DNA of 64,000 nucleotides, taken from assembly GCA_001029675.1 (NCBI GenBank), contig CP011210.1, positions 192,193-256,192 of the forward strand, read 5' to 3'. This document shows, in pieces, positions 26,380 to 34,785 of the stretch (positions within the stretch are counted from its first letter, which is position 1; each line of letters starts with the position of its first letter). This DNA comes from Candidatus Beckwithbacteria bacterium GW2011_GWC1_49_16. GTDB lineage: Bacteria; Patescibacteriota; Microgenomatia; UBA1400; CG1-02-47-37. Below the pieces are notes generated by a model. It was given only the letters and a program-made list of their open reading frames with translations. It was not told the origin of the DNA and ran no database searches. Both the position numbers and the translations under genes were made by a program.

Positions 26380-27522
26380 TTAATACTTGAAATTTAAGCT
26401 CGGTTGGCGGTCGAGCTTTTTAGGGTTTTTGACAAAGTCTTTTTTGAGGAATTTGAAGTAAGCAGCTACGGCGATCATGGCGGCGTTGTCGGTGAAGAGT
26501 TTTTTGGAAAAAGGCAGGTAGACGGGTAGGTTATGGCCGCGGGCGACGCGGCGCAGCTGGCGGCGGATGTAGAGATTAGAAATAACGCCGCCGCCCAAAA
26601 GGATGCCTTTAGGCTGGGTTTTTTTAATGGCAAGCTCGAGCTTGCCGGTCAAACTGTCGGCGACGGCTTTTTGGAAAGAGGCGGCCAGGTTGTGGGTGAA
26701 ATTTAAGCTAAGGGTCTGACCTTTTTTATTTTGGATGATATACAGAGCAGCGGTTTTAAGGCCGGAGAAAGAAAAGTTTAAGTCTTTGGAGTGCTGCATG
26801 GGTACGGGCAGGGGGATTTTGGCTATAGCCAGCGGCGAAGCTTTACGGGCCAGTTCCTCAATGATCGGGCCGCCGGGGTAGCCCAATTTAAGCATTTTGG
26901 CCAGTTTATCCAAGGCCTCGCCGGCAGCGTCGTCCAGAGTTTCGCCCAAAAGTTGATAACGGCCGATGGCGTGGACAAGAACAAGTTGGGTGTGGCCGCC
27001 GGAAACGAGGAGAGCTAGCAAGGGGAATTTGATAGACACACCCGGTGTGGGGGATTTCTTCACACCGGGTGTGTTGGGTAAGGCCAGGGGTGAAAGCAGA
27101 TGTCCTTCCATGTGGTTGACGGCGATTAGAGGCAGATGGAGGTAGGCGGCGAGCTTGCGGGCAGTAGCGATGCCGACTTCCAGGGCCGGGGCCAGGCCTG
27201 GGCCAACGGTGACGGCGATGGCGTCGAGAGAATCCGTCAAGGTCGGACCTTTCGCCTGCCGGCGAGCCCTGCTTGGCTGGCTGCCAGGCATTCCTTTTAA
27301 GGTCCGACCTTGCCTGCGCGCTCGCATCAGCGCCTCCCGCACCACATAGTCGATTTTTTCTTGGTGGGCGCGCTTGGCCAGATGGGGGACGACCCCGCCG
27401 TACTTTTTGTGGATGTTAATTTGGGAGGCGATGACGTTGGAGAGGATTTTGCGGCCGCGGCTGACGGCGGCGGCGGTTTCGTCGCAGGAAGTGTCGATGG
27501 CTAGAATTAAAGGCTGTTTCAT
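26380..27522 (-). CDS. tsaD: tRNA N6-adenosine threonylcarbamoyltransferase TsaD
   Basis: IDTSCDET, GGVVP, VNHMEGH, LVSGGHT, DDAAGEALDK and TDNAAMI motifs. Confidence 0.96.
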   Translation of the reverse strand: MKQPLILAIDTSCDETAAAVSRGRKILSNVIASQINIHKKYGGVVPHLAKRAHQEKIDYVVREALMRARRQGRTLKGMPGSQPSRARRQAKGPTLTDSLDAIAVTVGPGLAPALEVGIATARKLAAYLHLPLIAVNHMEGHLLSPLALPNTPGVKKSPTPGVSIKFPLLALLVSGGHTQLVLVHAIGRYQLLGETLDDAAGEALDKLAKMLKLGYPGGPIIEELARKASPLAIAKIPLPVPMQHSKDLNFSFSGLKTAALYIIQNKKGQTLSLNFTHNLAASFQKAVADSLTGKLELAIKKTQPKGILLGGGVISNLYIRRQLRRVARGHNLPVYLPFSKKLFTDNAAMIAVAAYFKFLKKDFVKNPKKLDRQPSLNFKY

Positions 27523-27885
27523 CAAAGCATTTTACCACTTTTTCACACTGGTAAAAACAGGTAAATAGACGGCGGAAGGGTGACGACTTCTATATAATTA
27601 TAGGTTCTATGGGCTTCGGTAATTATTTTGTTAGTGGCCGAGTTTGACTCGGTTCTTTGGGTGGTAAAACGTCAAATTCCGTGAAAACTAAGAAAAAAGC
27701 TGACTCAAGATTTAAAAACGAGCAGCAAACGTGTTCAATTATTGATTTAAGATCAGTTTTATTTGGTGAATGTTGGGTTAAAAAAACTTTTTCAACCTGG
27801 AATCAGTCATTTGGCGATAAATTAATATAGGCTTTTAAAAAATTGGAAACAAGACAAGAAGAAGATTTTAAGCTATGATAGCAGT

Positions 27886-28242
27886 ATGCCGGAAGTGTTA
27901 ATGGCGGTTTTGCCAATGATTTTATGGTTTGTCGAGCGCTTATTGCCTTTTCCGGCAGTAGTGGAAGAGGTGGCCAAGGCTTTGGTGGTGGTTAGGGCTG
28001 ATGGGCGGCGCCAAGCTTTCTTCTTGGGTTTGATTTTCGGCTTGTCCGAGGCTTTTTTGTTTTTAGTCAACGCCAACCTGCTGGCGGACTTGACCGGCTT
28101 TTGGCGGCGGCTACTTTTTACCGTGCCGATGCACGGCGTCACCGCCGGGCTGATTATGTTGTGGGGAAAACGCTACTGGTGGTTGGGTTTGCCTCTGGCG
28201 ATGCTGGCACACGCTTGGTTCAATCTAAGAATTGCGAGCTGA
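27886..28242 (+). CDS. PrsW-like intramembrane glutamic protease (minimal)
   Basis: EEVAK, FGLSE, PMH and AH.WFN motifs. Confidence 0.7.
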   Translation: MPEVLMAVLPMILWFVERLLPFPAVVEEVAKALVVVRADGRRQAFFLGLIFGLSEAFLFLVNANLLADLTGFWRRLLFTVPMHGVTAGLIMLWGKRYWWLGLPLAMLAHAWFNLRIAS

Positions 28243-30487
28243 CCCACCAGGATTGACCGGAGTCTTGCCGGCTAAAGTCGATACGGGACCAATCATCACT
28301 GGTTTCAAAGACATAAACATCCAGGCTGGTTTTGACGGCCATGACTACGGCCGCGGCCGGGTCGGGTTTGAAGCGTACGTTGACGCTTGAGCCTTCAGGC
28401 ACGGTCAGGCGTTTGGGAGTGGCCTCTCCCAGCACCTGTTTTTCCTGTTTGACGTTGACTTCTTGAGGCAGGGGTGAAGGTGAGGCCGAGGGTGAAGGTG
28501 AGGCCGGGGCGACTTCTAGGATTGTCGGTTCGGGTGCGCTTTTGGGCCGGAGTAAGGCCTGGGTGATGATGACGGTGACGATGGTGGTTGCCAGGATCAC
28601 CAGCGGGATCAGGGCAGGGTTAGATATAAGCCGCCGCCAATCACCCGGCGTTGCCGCTGCGGTCAACGATTTTGGTTTGGTTGCCTTGGTGGATTTAAAC
28701 CTGATCTGACGCATATAAATGGTCAGGAAGACAAAACCGGCAATGACAATGATGATGATTCCCCAGACGGCGACGGCCTGAACGCCGCCGATAAAGCCGA
28801 AGATCGAGCCGGTGCCCGAGGCTTGGGCTACCAGGTCTTGAAGACGGGCCATGTTGGTATTGACGCCATTAAGCTCGAGCTGGGCTTCGCGGTAGGTGCG
28901 GATGCGGTTTTCCGGGGCGATGGCTTTGCTTTGGGCTAAAAGAATTTTATTGACGGTGACGTCGATTTCCGACTTTAACACCGTGCCTTGGGCAAAGTAA
29001 CTGGTTTTTTCCAGCGGCCTTAAGAGTTCGGCTGCCTGGTTTTTGAGCGCATCCAGCTCGGAGGCCGTCAGCTGCCAAATGTCTTCAACCTCGACGGCCA
29101 CCAGCTTGGTTTCTTGGGGTTTTAAAGTGTAGGAGCCGGAGACAAACAACGCCTCTTCGGTGGTGTCGTAATGGGTTTCCAGGGACGGGTCGAGGCCGAT
29201 GATGTTTTCGGTTTTTAACTCCCGGGGCAGGAAAAACTTTAAGGGGACGGTTTGGCTGATGACGCTTGATGGGTTGGTGATGACCGCCCTAAAGATGATG
29301 CTGCCTTCTTCAAGCCATAGAGAGCGGATCGGGTCGCCCGGCCTGACGGCCAGAAGCTGGCGGTTTAAGCCAAGTAAGGCTTTGAGATTAAAAAGCAGAT
29401 TTTTTAAGTTGAGTTTTTTATCTTTGTTTGTCTTGGTGGGTTGAATCAAGCTGCCTCCGCCGGGATACTGGTTTAAGGCGAGAACCTGTTTTTCCATGGC
29501 GGTGACACTGGTGGTTAAAAGTGTTTCTCCCTGCCCTTGCCAGTTTTCCAGAAGCAGGGCCAGTTTTTGGTTTTGGTTTTCCAGAGCGGCGTCGCGGGCG
29601 GCGACATATGCCAGGAAACCAAAAAGCGTTGCTTGGGCGCTGGTATCGCCTGGGTGGCCAACAAAACTTTTCAACTGGTCTAGGTTTTGGTTCTGGACGG
29701 CTAGGTTAATGGCTTTGATTACCGGCGCATCCCAGTCATTAACTAGCGCGGTCAGAGCCGAAGGGTTAGTAAACAAAATGGCGCTGCCTGACTGGACCCA
29801 ATCATAAAGGGCTTGGGCGTGTTTCCGGCTTTGCTCGAGTTTGACGTTCAGGTCGGGAATGGTCTGGCCCTCCTCCAAAGACAAAGACACCACCGGGGCG
29901 TTGACCAGTTTTTCCAGAAGCACCCGCTGTTGCTGTTGTTCTTGGGTAATGGCGGTAATTTGCTGGGCCGGGCCGGAGGTGGAAGTGGTGACGGCCGAAG
30001 TCCAGATGTTGGCGATAAGATCGCCAAAGGTAGTCAAGGAGCGGGTGGAGTGATCCCAAATGTCGGCAATCAAATCGCCGAAGTCAGTTAAAGAGCGAGA
30101 AGAGTAGGACCAGACCTCGGCAGCGGTTAGTCCGGGAGAAGGCGAGGCGGCCGAGGCCGTCACCTCAAAGGTTTTGTCGATACATAAATAGTCGGCGCCC
30201 GAGCTGCAGCACAGAGTAGTCGGGTAAAGCCCCTCGGTCGTATCAATAGTCGCGTCGTAATGATACCAGGCGTCAATCGGGGCAGTGATGCCGTCAATGT
30301 CTAAAAAACTGCTGCCGTTAGGGTATGAGGCGGTCAAATCACAACTGGCGTCGGTATCCAAGGCGTACTCATCGTCATACAAAAACTCGCCGATGGTGCA
30401 GGTAGCGGAAGTGGGGCACTGTTGATAGGTGGCGGCTAGTGCCGGTCGGGCCGGGAGCAAAAAAGCCAGGGCAAGCAGGTAGAACAT
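28220..30487 (-). CDS. Large membrane-anchored surface protein: Sec signal, Cys-containing Ig-like region, VW..RSLT repeats, coiled coil, two TMs, C-terminal SH3-like domain
   Basis: Start reassigned to ATG 30487 (MFYLLALAFLLPARPALA). EVWSYSSRSLT and DIWDHSTRSLT repeats; C-terminal SVNVR..P...W...WVSSQF. Confidence 0.65.
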   Translation of the reverse strand: MFYLLALAFLLPARPALAATYQQCPTSATCTIGEFLYDDEYALDTDASCDLTASYPNGSSFLDIDGITAPIDAWYHYDATIDTTEGLYPTTLCCSSGADYLCIDKTFEVTASAASPSPGLTAAEVWSYSSRSLTDFGDLIADIWDHSTRSLTTFGDLIANIWTSAVTTSTSGPAQQITAITQEQQQQRVLLEKLVNAPVVSLSLEEGQTIPDLNVKLEQSRKHAQALYDWVQSGSAILFTNPSALTALVNDWDAPVIKAINLAVQNQNLDQLKSFVGHPGDTSAQATLFGFLAYVAARDAALENQNQKLALLLENWQGQGETLLTTSVTAMEKQVLALNQYPGGGSLIQPTKTNKDKKLNLKNLLFNLKALLGLNRQLLAVRPGDPIRSLWLEEGSIIFRAVITNPSSVISQTVPLKFFLPRELKTENIIGLDPSLETHYDTTEEALFVSGSYTLKPQETKLVAVEVEDIWQLTASELDALKNQAAELLRPLEKTSYFAQGTVLKSEIDVTVNKILLAQSKAIAPENRIRTYREAQLELNGVNTNMARLQDLVAQASGTGSIFGFIGGVQAVAVWGIIIIVIAGFVFLTIYMRQIRFKSTKATKPKSLTAAATPGDWRRLISNPALIPLVILATTIVTVIITQALLRPKSAPEPTILEVAPASPSPSASPSPLPQEVNVKQEKQVLGEATPKRLTVPEGSSVNVRFKPDPAAAVVMAVKTSLDVYVFETSDDWSRIDFSRQDSGQSWWVSSQFLD

Positions 30488-30491
30488 GCCA

Positions 30492-30671
30492 TCAGCTTTT
30501 ATTTTTCTTGCTTTTGGTTGGGGGGCTGTCGTTTTCATTTAAAGCCCGCCTGAATTCGTTGGTGGCCCGGCGGATGCCTCGGGCCAGTTCCGGCAGTTTA
30601 TCGCCGCCGAAAAACAGCATCAAGACCAGGGCTATGACGATAATCTCGCCCAGACCAATATTGGCAAACAT
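30492..30671 (-). CDS. tatA: Twin-arginine translocase subunit TatA, copy 4
   Basis: Manual translation MFANIGLGEIIVIALVLMLFFGGDKLPELARGIRRATNEFRRA... Confidence 0.9.
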   Translation of the reverse strand: MFANIGLGEIIVIALVLMLFFGGDKLPELARGIRRATNEFRRALNENDSPPTKSKKNKS

Positions 30672-30674
30672 TGA

Positions 30675-30842
30675 TTATTCTTTTTCTTTGATGGCCTCTT
30701 TGAGGTCTTTGGAGGCTTTTTTAATCTCCACCTTAGACTGGCCCAAATTTTTACCCATCTTAGGCAAAAATTTGGCGCCAAAGAGCACCAACAAAACGAC
30801 CGCTATGATGATAATCTCGGTCGTTCCCAGGTTAGCAAACAT
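30675..30842 (-). CDS. tatA: TatA, copy 3
   Basis: MFANLGTTEIIIIAVVLLVLFGAKFLPKMGKNLGQSKVEIKKA...; AAGGAG SD. Confidence 0.88.
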   Translation of the reverse strand: MFANLGTTEIIIIAVVLLVLFGAKFLPKMGKNLGQSKVEIKKASKDLKEAIKEKE

Positions 30843-30869
30843 GGTTTCTCCTTTCTTGTTGGGGTAATT

Positions 30870-31013
30870 TTATTTTTCTTTGCTGGCCCGCCTAAATTCT
30901 TTAATAGCTTGGCCAATACCCCGCATCAATTCGGGGATTTTTTTGCCGCCGAATAAAAGGATGATGATGACGGCGATGACGATGATTTCGGTGCTGCCGA
31001 TGTTACGAAACAT
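30870..31013 (-). CDS. tatA: TatA, copy 2
   Basis: MFRNIGSTEIIVIAVIIILLFGGKKIPELMRGIGQAIKEFRRASKEK. Confidence 0.92.
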   Translation of the reverse strand: MFRNIGSTEIIVIAVIIILLFGGKKIPELMRGIGQAIKEFRRASKEK

Positions 31014-31016
31014 TAA

Positions 31017-31196
31017 TTATTCACCCCCTTCATCTTCCTCTTTAAAGGCTTTTTGGATGTCTTTTTTGGCGCCTTTTAACTCCCGGCCGGCCTGGCCCAA
31101 GCCCCGGGCCAGTTCCGGTAGTTTTTTACCGCCAAACAGCACCAGTAAAACGACAAGAATGACGATAATTTCGACAGCGCCTAAGTTTTTAAACAT
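31017..31196 (-). CDS. tatA: TatA, copy 1
   Basis: MFKNLGAVEIIVILVVLLVLFGGKKLPELARGLGQAGRELKGAKKD... Confidence 0.92.
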   Translation of the reverse strand: MFKNLGAVEIIVILVVLLVLFGGKKLPELARGLGQAGRELKGAKKDIQKAFKEEDEGGE

Positions 31197-31911
31197 AACT
31201 TCTATTAAATATTAGCGTCAGTTCAAAAAGAAGTAAAGGGGGAATTGTCAGAATAGTTAAAGAGACGATGTCGTTGGGGGGGAGTAAGGCTACCAGGATC
31301 AAGATGGCGGTGTAAATATAGCGGCGGGAGCGTTTGAGGGACAAGGGCGACAGGACGTGAAGCTGGATCAGCCCGGAAAGGACGATCGGCAGTTGGAACA
31401 CTAGAGCCATGAGGATGCCGGTAGAGATGATTTGCCTTAAAAACCCGCTTAGATCCCAGAGGTTTTCGACGGCGAAGTCGGCCGAGACTTGGGTATAAAG
31501 GCTAATTATAAACTGGATGATCCAGGCGCCGAAGGCAAAGCCGACGACAAATAAAATCAGGCTGACGGGGTAGAGGCGTACCAGCAAGCGGTATTCTTTA
31601 GCCCTTAAAGCCGGGCTGATAAAGCGGATCAGATAAAAACCCAAAAGCGGCAGGGACACGCTCAAGCCGGTCAAGACACCGGAACTGACGGCCAGGTCAA
31701 TAAACTGGTAAGGGGAGGTCAAAACCAGGTTGATACCTTCGAGATTAAATAGGTGCATGATGGTTTTAATGATCGGTTGGTAATAAATAAAGCCCAGGGC
31801 ACCGCCGCCGATAAAGACGGCGATGACATGGAATAAGCGCTTTTGGGCTTCCTTTAAGTAGGGCAGGTATTTGGCAATGGCTTGGTCCCGGTAGTCTAAT
31901 TTAGGGCTCAT
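31189..31911 (-). CDS. tatC: Twin-arginine translocase subunit TatC (divergent)
   Basis: Six TMs; FISPALRAKE, FQLP, RRY and PPND...P..LLFE motifs; directly upstream of the tatA genes. Confidence 0.9.
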   Translation of the reverse strand: MSPKLDYRDQAIAKYLPYLKEAQKRLFHVIAVFIGGGALGFIYYQPIIKTIMHLFNLEGINLVLTSPYQFIDLAVSSGVLTGLSVSLPLLGFYLIRFISPALRAKEYRLLVRLYPVSLILFVVGFAFGAWIIQFIISLYTQVSADFAVENLWDLSGFLRQIISTGILMALVFQLPIVLSGLIQLHVLSPLSLKRSRRYIYTAILILVALLPPNDIVSLTILTIPPLLLFELTLIFNRSYV

Positions 31912-33245
31912 TTAAGTGAAGCTAGAGTGGCTTTGGTTTTGGCGTCTTTAAGGGTTTTGGCAGCTGAACCGGTGACGGTGTGGCCGCTGGTAATTACTTC
32001 ATCCCAAACACCATTGACGATATTAGTGATGTCGTCTCCGGTGACCGCGCCGCCGGTGTCAATGAATGTTCCAACACTGCCCACGCTTTGAGTCGAACCG
32101 GCAGTATTCCCCGAGAAAGTATTATGGAGGCGGATGCCGGTCCGGACTACCCCGTTACCGACATTGATGCCGTAGCTGGTATTGTTGTAGATGATATTAT
32201 TTTCAAAGATATTGTCGGTTGAGTTGCTGCCGGTGATGACCACTCCGTCGGCGGGCGTGGGGACTGTGCCGCTGCCGGTGACAATACATTTTCTTACCGT
32301 CGACAGGGTAGTGTAGTCACCCATATTGATTCCGTTACCCTTGCAGTTTTCCACCACACAGGTTTCTACGATTGTTCTGGCGCTTGAGCTGATATCGATG
32401 CCGCTGCCGGTCGCGCCATATACCCAGCAGTCTTCGATTTGTGCCCGGTCACCGGTAACGGTGATGCCGTTGTCAGTGCCGCCGGCGGCAGTTGTAATGT
32501 AAAAGCCGGATACCTCCACATTGTCTGCCTGAATATTGATCGTTGGGGAACCCTCGGTACCTGTTAGTTTGAATGGGTATCCTGGGCCTCTTAGTTTTAA
32601 GTTGTCAATGGTGATATCTAAGGTTTCGGTAGTGGTCACGCCGCCGCTGGTGGTTGATAAAGCAAAAATGATGTCGCCCGCGCCGGCGCCGGGGGTGGCT
32701 AGCTGTTGGGCCCGATCAAAAGTCAAGACCGCATTAGCTGGAGTGGTACCATCGTTTCCGTCATTGCCTTTGGTCGGATCAGGGTTCCAGTACCAAATAC
32801 TACCAATGGATTTATTTTTTCCCCGCAAAGATTCCAAAAGGTATAAAGTGGCGTAGTCGGCGTCGGCCTGGATGATCGTCGGCGAGGACGACTGGGCAAT
32901 CACCACTTGGGTAAAGGCAGTCGGGTAGATGGGATTGTTGGCATAGTCATTGATGGCCACCAAATTGCCGCCGGAAACAGTACAAAGGATTGTGCCGGAT
33001 AGGCCGTCTCTGGCCTCAAACGACAACCGCCAGTTATTGATCAGCTCCAAAGTAATGCCGATGTAAGAGCCGCCGCCCAGGGGTTGTTTACCGTAGGCAT
33101 TAGCAATCGTGCCGTAATCTAAGTTAATTAACTGTTCCTCATAAAGCCGGATTTGGTCGTGAAGATCCTGAATTTCTACCGAGGTCTGGGGGGCGTCCAC
33201 TTGGATAATTCTTTCGTATTTAAAAAAAGTTAATGCGGCAGGCAT
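31908..33245 (-). CDS. Phage-structural-like protein with right-handed beta-helix domain, no signal peptide
   Basis: Parallel beta-helix-type repeats (NGITVTG, SGIDISS, NGINMG, NNIIYNN); C-terminal GVWDEV...H...GS motif. Confidence 0.6.
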   Translation of the reverse strand: MPAALTFFKYERIIQVDAPQTSVEIQDLHDQIRLYEEQLINLDYGTIANAYGKQPLGGGSYIGITLELINNWRLSFEARDGLSGTILCTVSGGNLVAINDYANNPIYPTAFTQVVIAQSSSPTIIQADADYATLYLLESLRGKNKSIGSIWYWNPDPTKGNDGNDGTTPANAVLTFDRAQQLATPGAGAGDIIFALSTTSGGVTTTETLDITIDNLKLRGPGYPFKLTGTEGSPTINIQADNVEVSGFYITTAAGGTDNGITVTGDRAQIEDCWVYGATGSGIDISSSARTIVETCVVENCKGNGINMGDYTTLSTVRKCIVTGSGTVPTPADGVVITGSNSTDNIFENNIIYNNTSYGINVGNGVVRTGIRLHNTFSGNTAGSTQSVGSVGTFIDTGGAVTGDDITNIVNGVWDEVITSGHTVTGSAAKTLKDAKTKATLASLK

Positions 33246-33246
33246 G

Positions 33247-34092
33247 TTAAGAATCTAAATAAACTGAAATTTTTAATTCTGGGATCAAACGTTTATTTCT
33301 GTAAATATAATTTACATCAGGATTGATCTTAATCGCCAGATAATTTTTGGGAATCTTCGATAATTCTTGCCCGGTTTGATTAAAGCTTTGATTAGTCTCA
33401 TCAAGCTGAAAACAAATCAGCCGCATGGCTGATTTGGGTGAAAAGGGTAAGCCTGATTGGTTAATCACCAGTTTTTTTTGCCCTGCCGGTTGGTAAAAGT
33501 TGATCGGAATTAGCCCCCGGTCCATCAAGGCCACAAACCGGCCGATATTTTCGGCCACTACCCGGCTAAACTCTGTTTTTTTGGCTTTTTGACCGGGGTG
33601 ATCTCTAAGATGCTCTAAAAGGTGGCGGTTAACCAAGTGGATTTGTCCTCGTTTGTCTTGAGCAAAAAACACTAATGAATTGTTGTATTGAAACAGGGGA
33701 GTCAATCGGTATTGTTTAAAAATTGGTACAATTTTCTCATCAATTCTGGCCGCAGTTAGATCAAGTAAATTCGGATCATTGACCAAAAAGGCCCTAGTTT
33801 TGGTGTTATAAATTCTTAATCTCAAGTTTTTGACGGCAATTTTTACTAGATTTACCGTCAAATTATCGTTGGCAGCACAAGTCAAAACAATTTGTTTTGT
33901 CCGGGTGTTTATTTTCATTGCCGCCATCATTTTTGTCTCTGGGTAAGATATCAGCAAGGTTTGATTTTTACCCTTTTTTACCTCAACTTCTCCGGTAAAG
34001 GTTAAAAGATAGTCGTTGATTTTTTGTAAGCACTTTTGTAAGTTGACAGAAGAGTTGGTGCTTATCAGCCTATAGGTTACAAGCTTTGCCAT
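33247..34092 (-). CDS. Hypothetical basic cytoplasmic protein
   Basis: 281 aa ORF tightly packed in the operon. Confidence 0.6.
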   Translation of the reverse strand: MAKLVTYRLISTNSSVNLQKCLQKINDYLLTFTGEVEVKKGKNQTLLISYPETKMMAAMKINTRTKQIVLTCAANDNLTVNLVKIAVKNLRLRIYNTKTRAFLVNDPNLLDLTAARIDEKIVPIFKQYRLTPLFQYNNSLVFFAQDKRGQIHLVNRHLLEHLRDHPGQKAKKTEFSRVVAENIGRFVALMDRGLIPINFYQPAGQKKLVINQSGLPFSPKSAMRLICFQLDETNQSFNQTGQELSKIPKNYLAIKINPDVNYIYRNKRLIPELKISVYLDS

Positions 34093-34099
34093 TTAATGG

Positions 34100-34384
34100 T
34101 TACTTAACCAATTTTTTGAGCTTTTCGGCTTGGACAATGTCGTTTTTTAAAACTTTAATCATGCCGTCAATCCGCTTGAGTTCGTTTCTTTCTTTTTTGA
34201 TCGCTTCCTCAAATACTTTGATGTTCTGCTTGATTTTATTCTGGTATCTTTTTAAATCATTAACACCATAGCCGCGGATAATTTTGATTTTTTCCAGCTC
34301 TGCCTTTGACGGAATCGAGCTAACGATTGGCGTCGATGATGGCAATGATTTGGAAGAGCCTTTGGATCTCTTTTTCTTCGGCAT
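34100..34384 (-). CDS. Small coiled-coil protein
   Basis: NIKVFEEAIKKERNELKR segment; paralogous to 34320..34502. Start uncertain. Confidence 0.55.
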   Translation of the reverse strand: MPKKKRSKGSSKSLPSSTPIVSSIPSKAELEKIKIIRGYGVNDLKRYQNKIKQNIKVFEEAIKKERNELKRIDGMIKVLKNDIVQAEKLKKLVK

Positions 34385-34502
34385 CGATTTGATCCTGAAA
34401 TAATTTAATATTGCGGCGGCGGCGGGCAATTTCGTCCTCCAGGGCAGGCTTACTGTAGCGCAAGGCTTCCTCTTTGGTGACCGGAAGGGTCGGGTCGGTC
34501 AT
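34320..34502 (-). CDS. Small coiled-coil protein (60 aa)
   Basis: NIKLFQDQIDAEEKEIQR segment. Confidence 0.6.
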   Translation of the reverse strand: MTDPTLPVTKEEALRYSKPALEDEIARRRRNIKLFQDQIDAEEKEIQRLFQIIAIIDANR

Positions 34503-34506
34503 CTGG

Positions 34507-34779
34507 TTATCCCCAAAAACGTTTTTTCCGGGCAGGTTTATTAGTTTTACCCTTGGCGATTTTGCTTGGTTTTTTGGCAGTTTTTTTACTGGCTAATTTG
34601 GCTGCTTTTTTTTGGGCTTTCTTTTTGGCGGCCAAAAGGCGGTCGATAGCCCGGGTCAGTTTTTCTTGAGAAGGTTCCCGGAAACGGACTACTCCTGACG
34701 CGTCCCGGGCGATGTGAAGGATTTTCGCACCACCATCATATGAGGAAACCGAGAGTTGATAGCCTTTATGGTATTTCAT
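34507..34779 (-). CDS. Small protein with Lys/Ala-rich basic tail
   Basis: KKKAQKKAAKLASKKTAKKPSK tail. Confidence 0.6.
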   Translation of the reverse strand: MKYHKGYQLSVSSYDGGAKILHIARDASGVVRFREPSQEKLTRAIDRLLAAKKKAQKKAAKLASKKTAKKPSKIAKGKTNKPARKKRFWG

Positions 34780-34785
34780 AAGTTA

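Noticed and set aside
27540-27870. AT-rich intergenic stretch as an origin or ncRNA
   Set aside because: I saw no DnaA-box cluster or recognisable RNA motif, only a weak ~49-codon ORF that I cannot support.
30439-31215. Plus-strand ORFs 30439..30867 and 30880..31215 with internal repeats
   Set aside because: They are antisense shadows of the four tatA genes.
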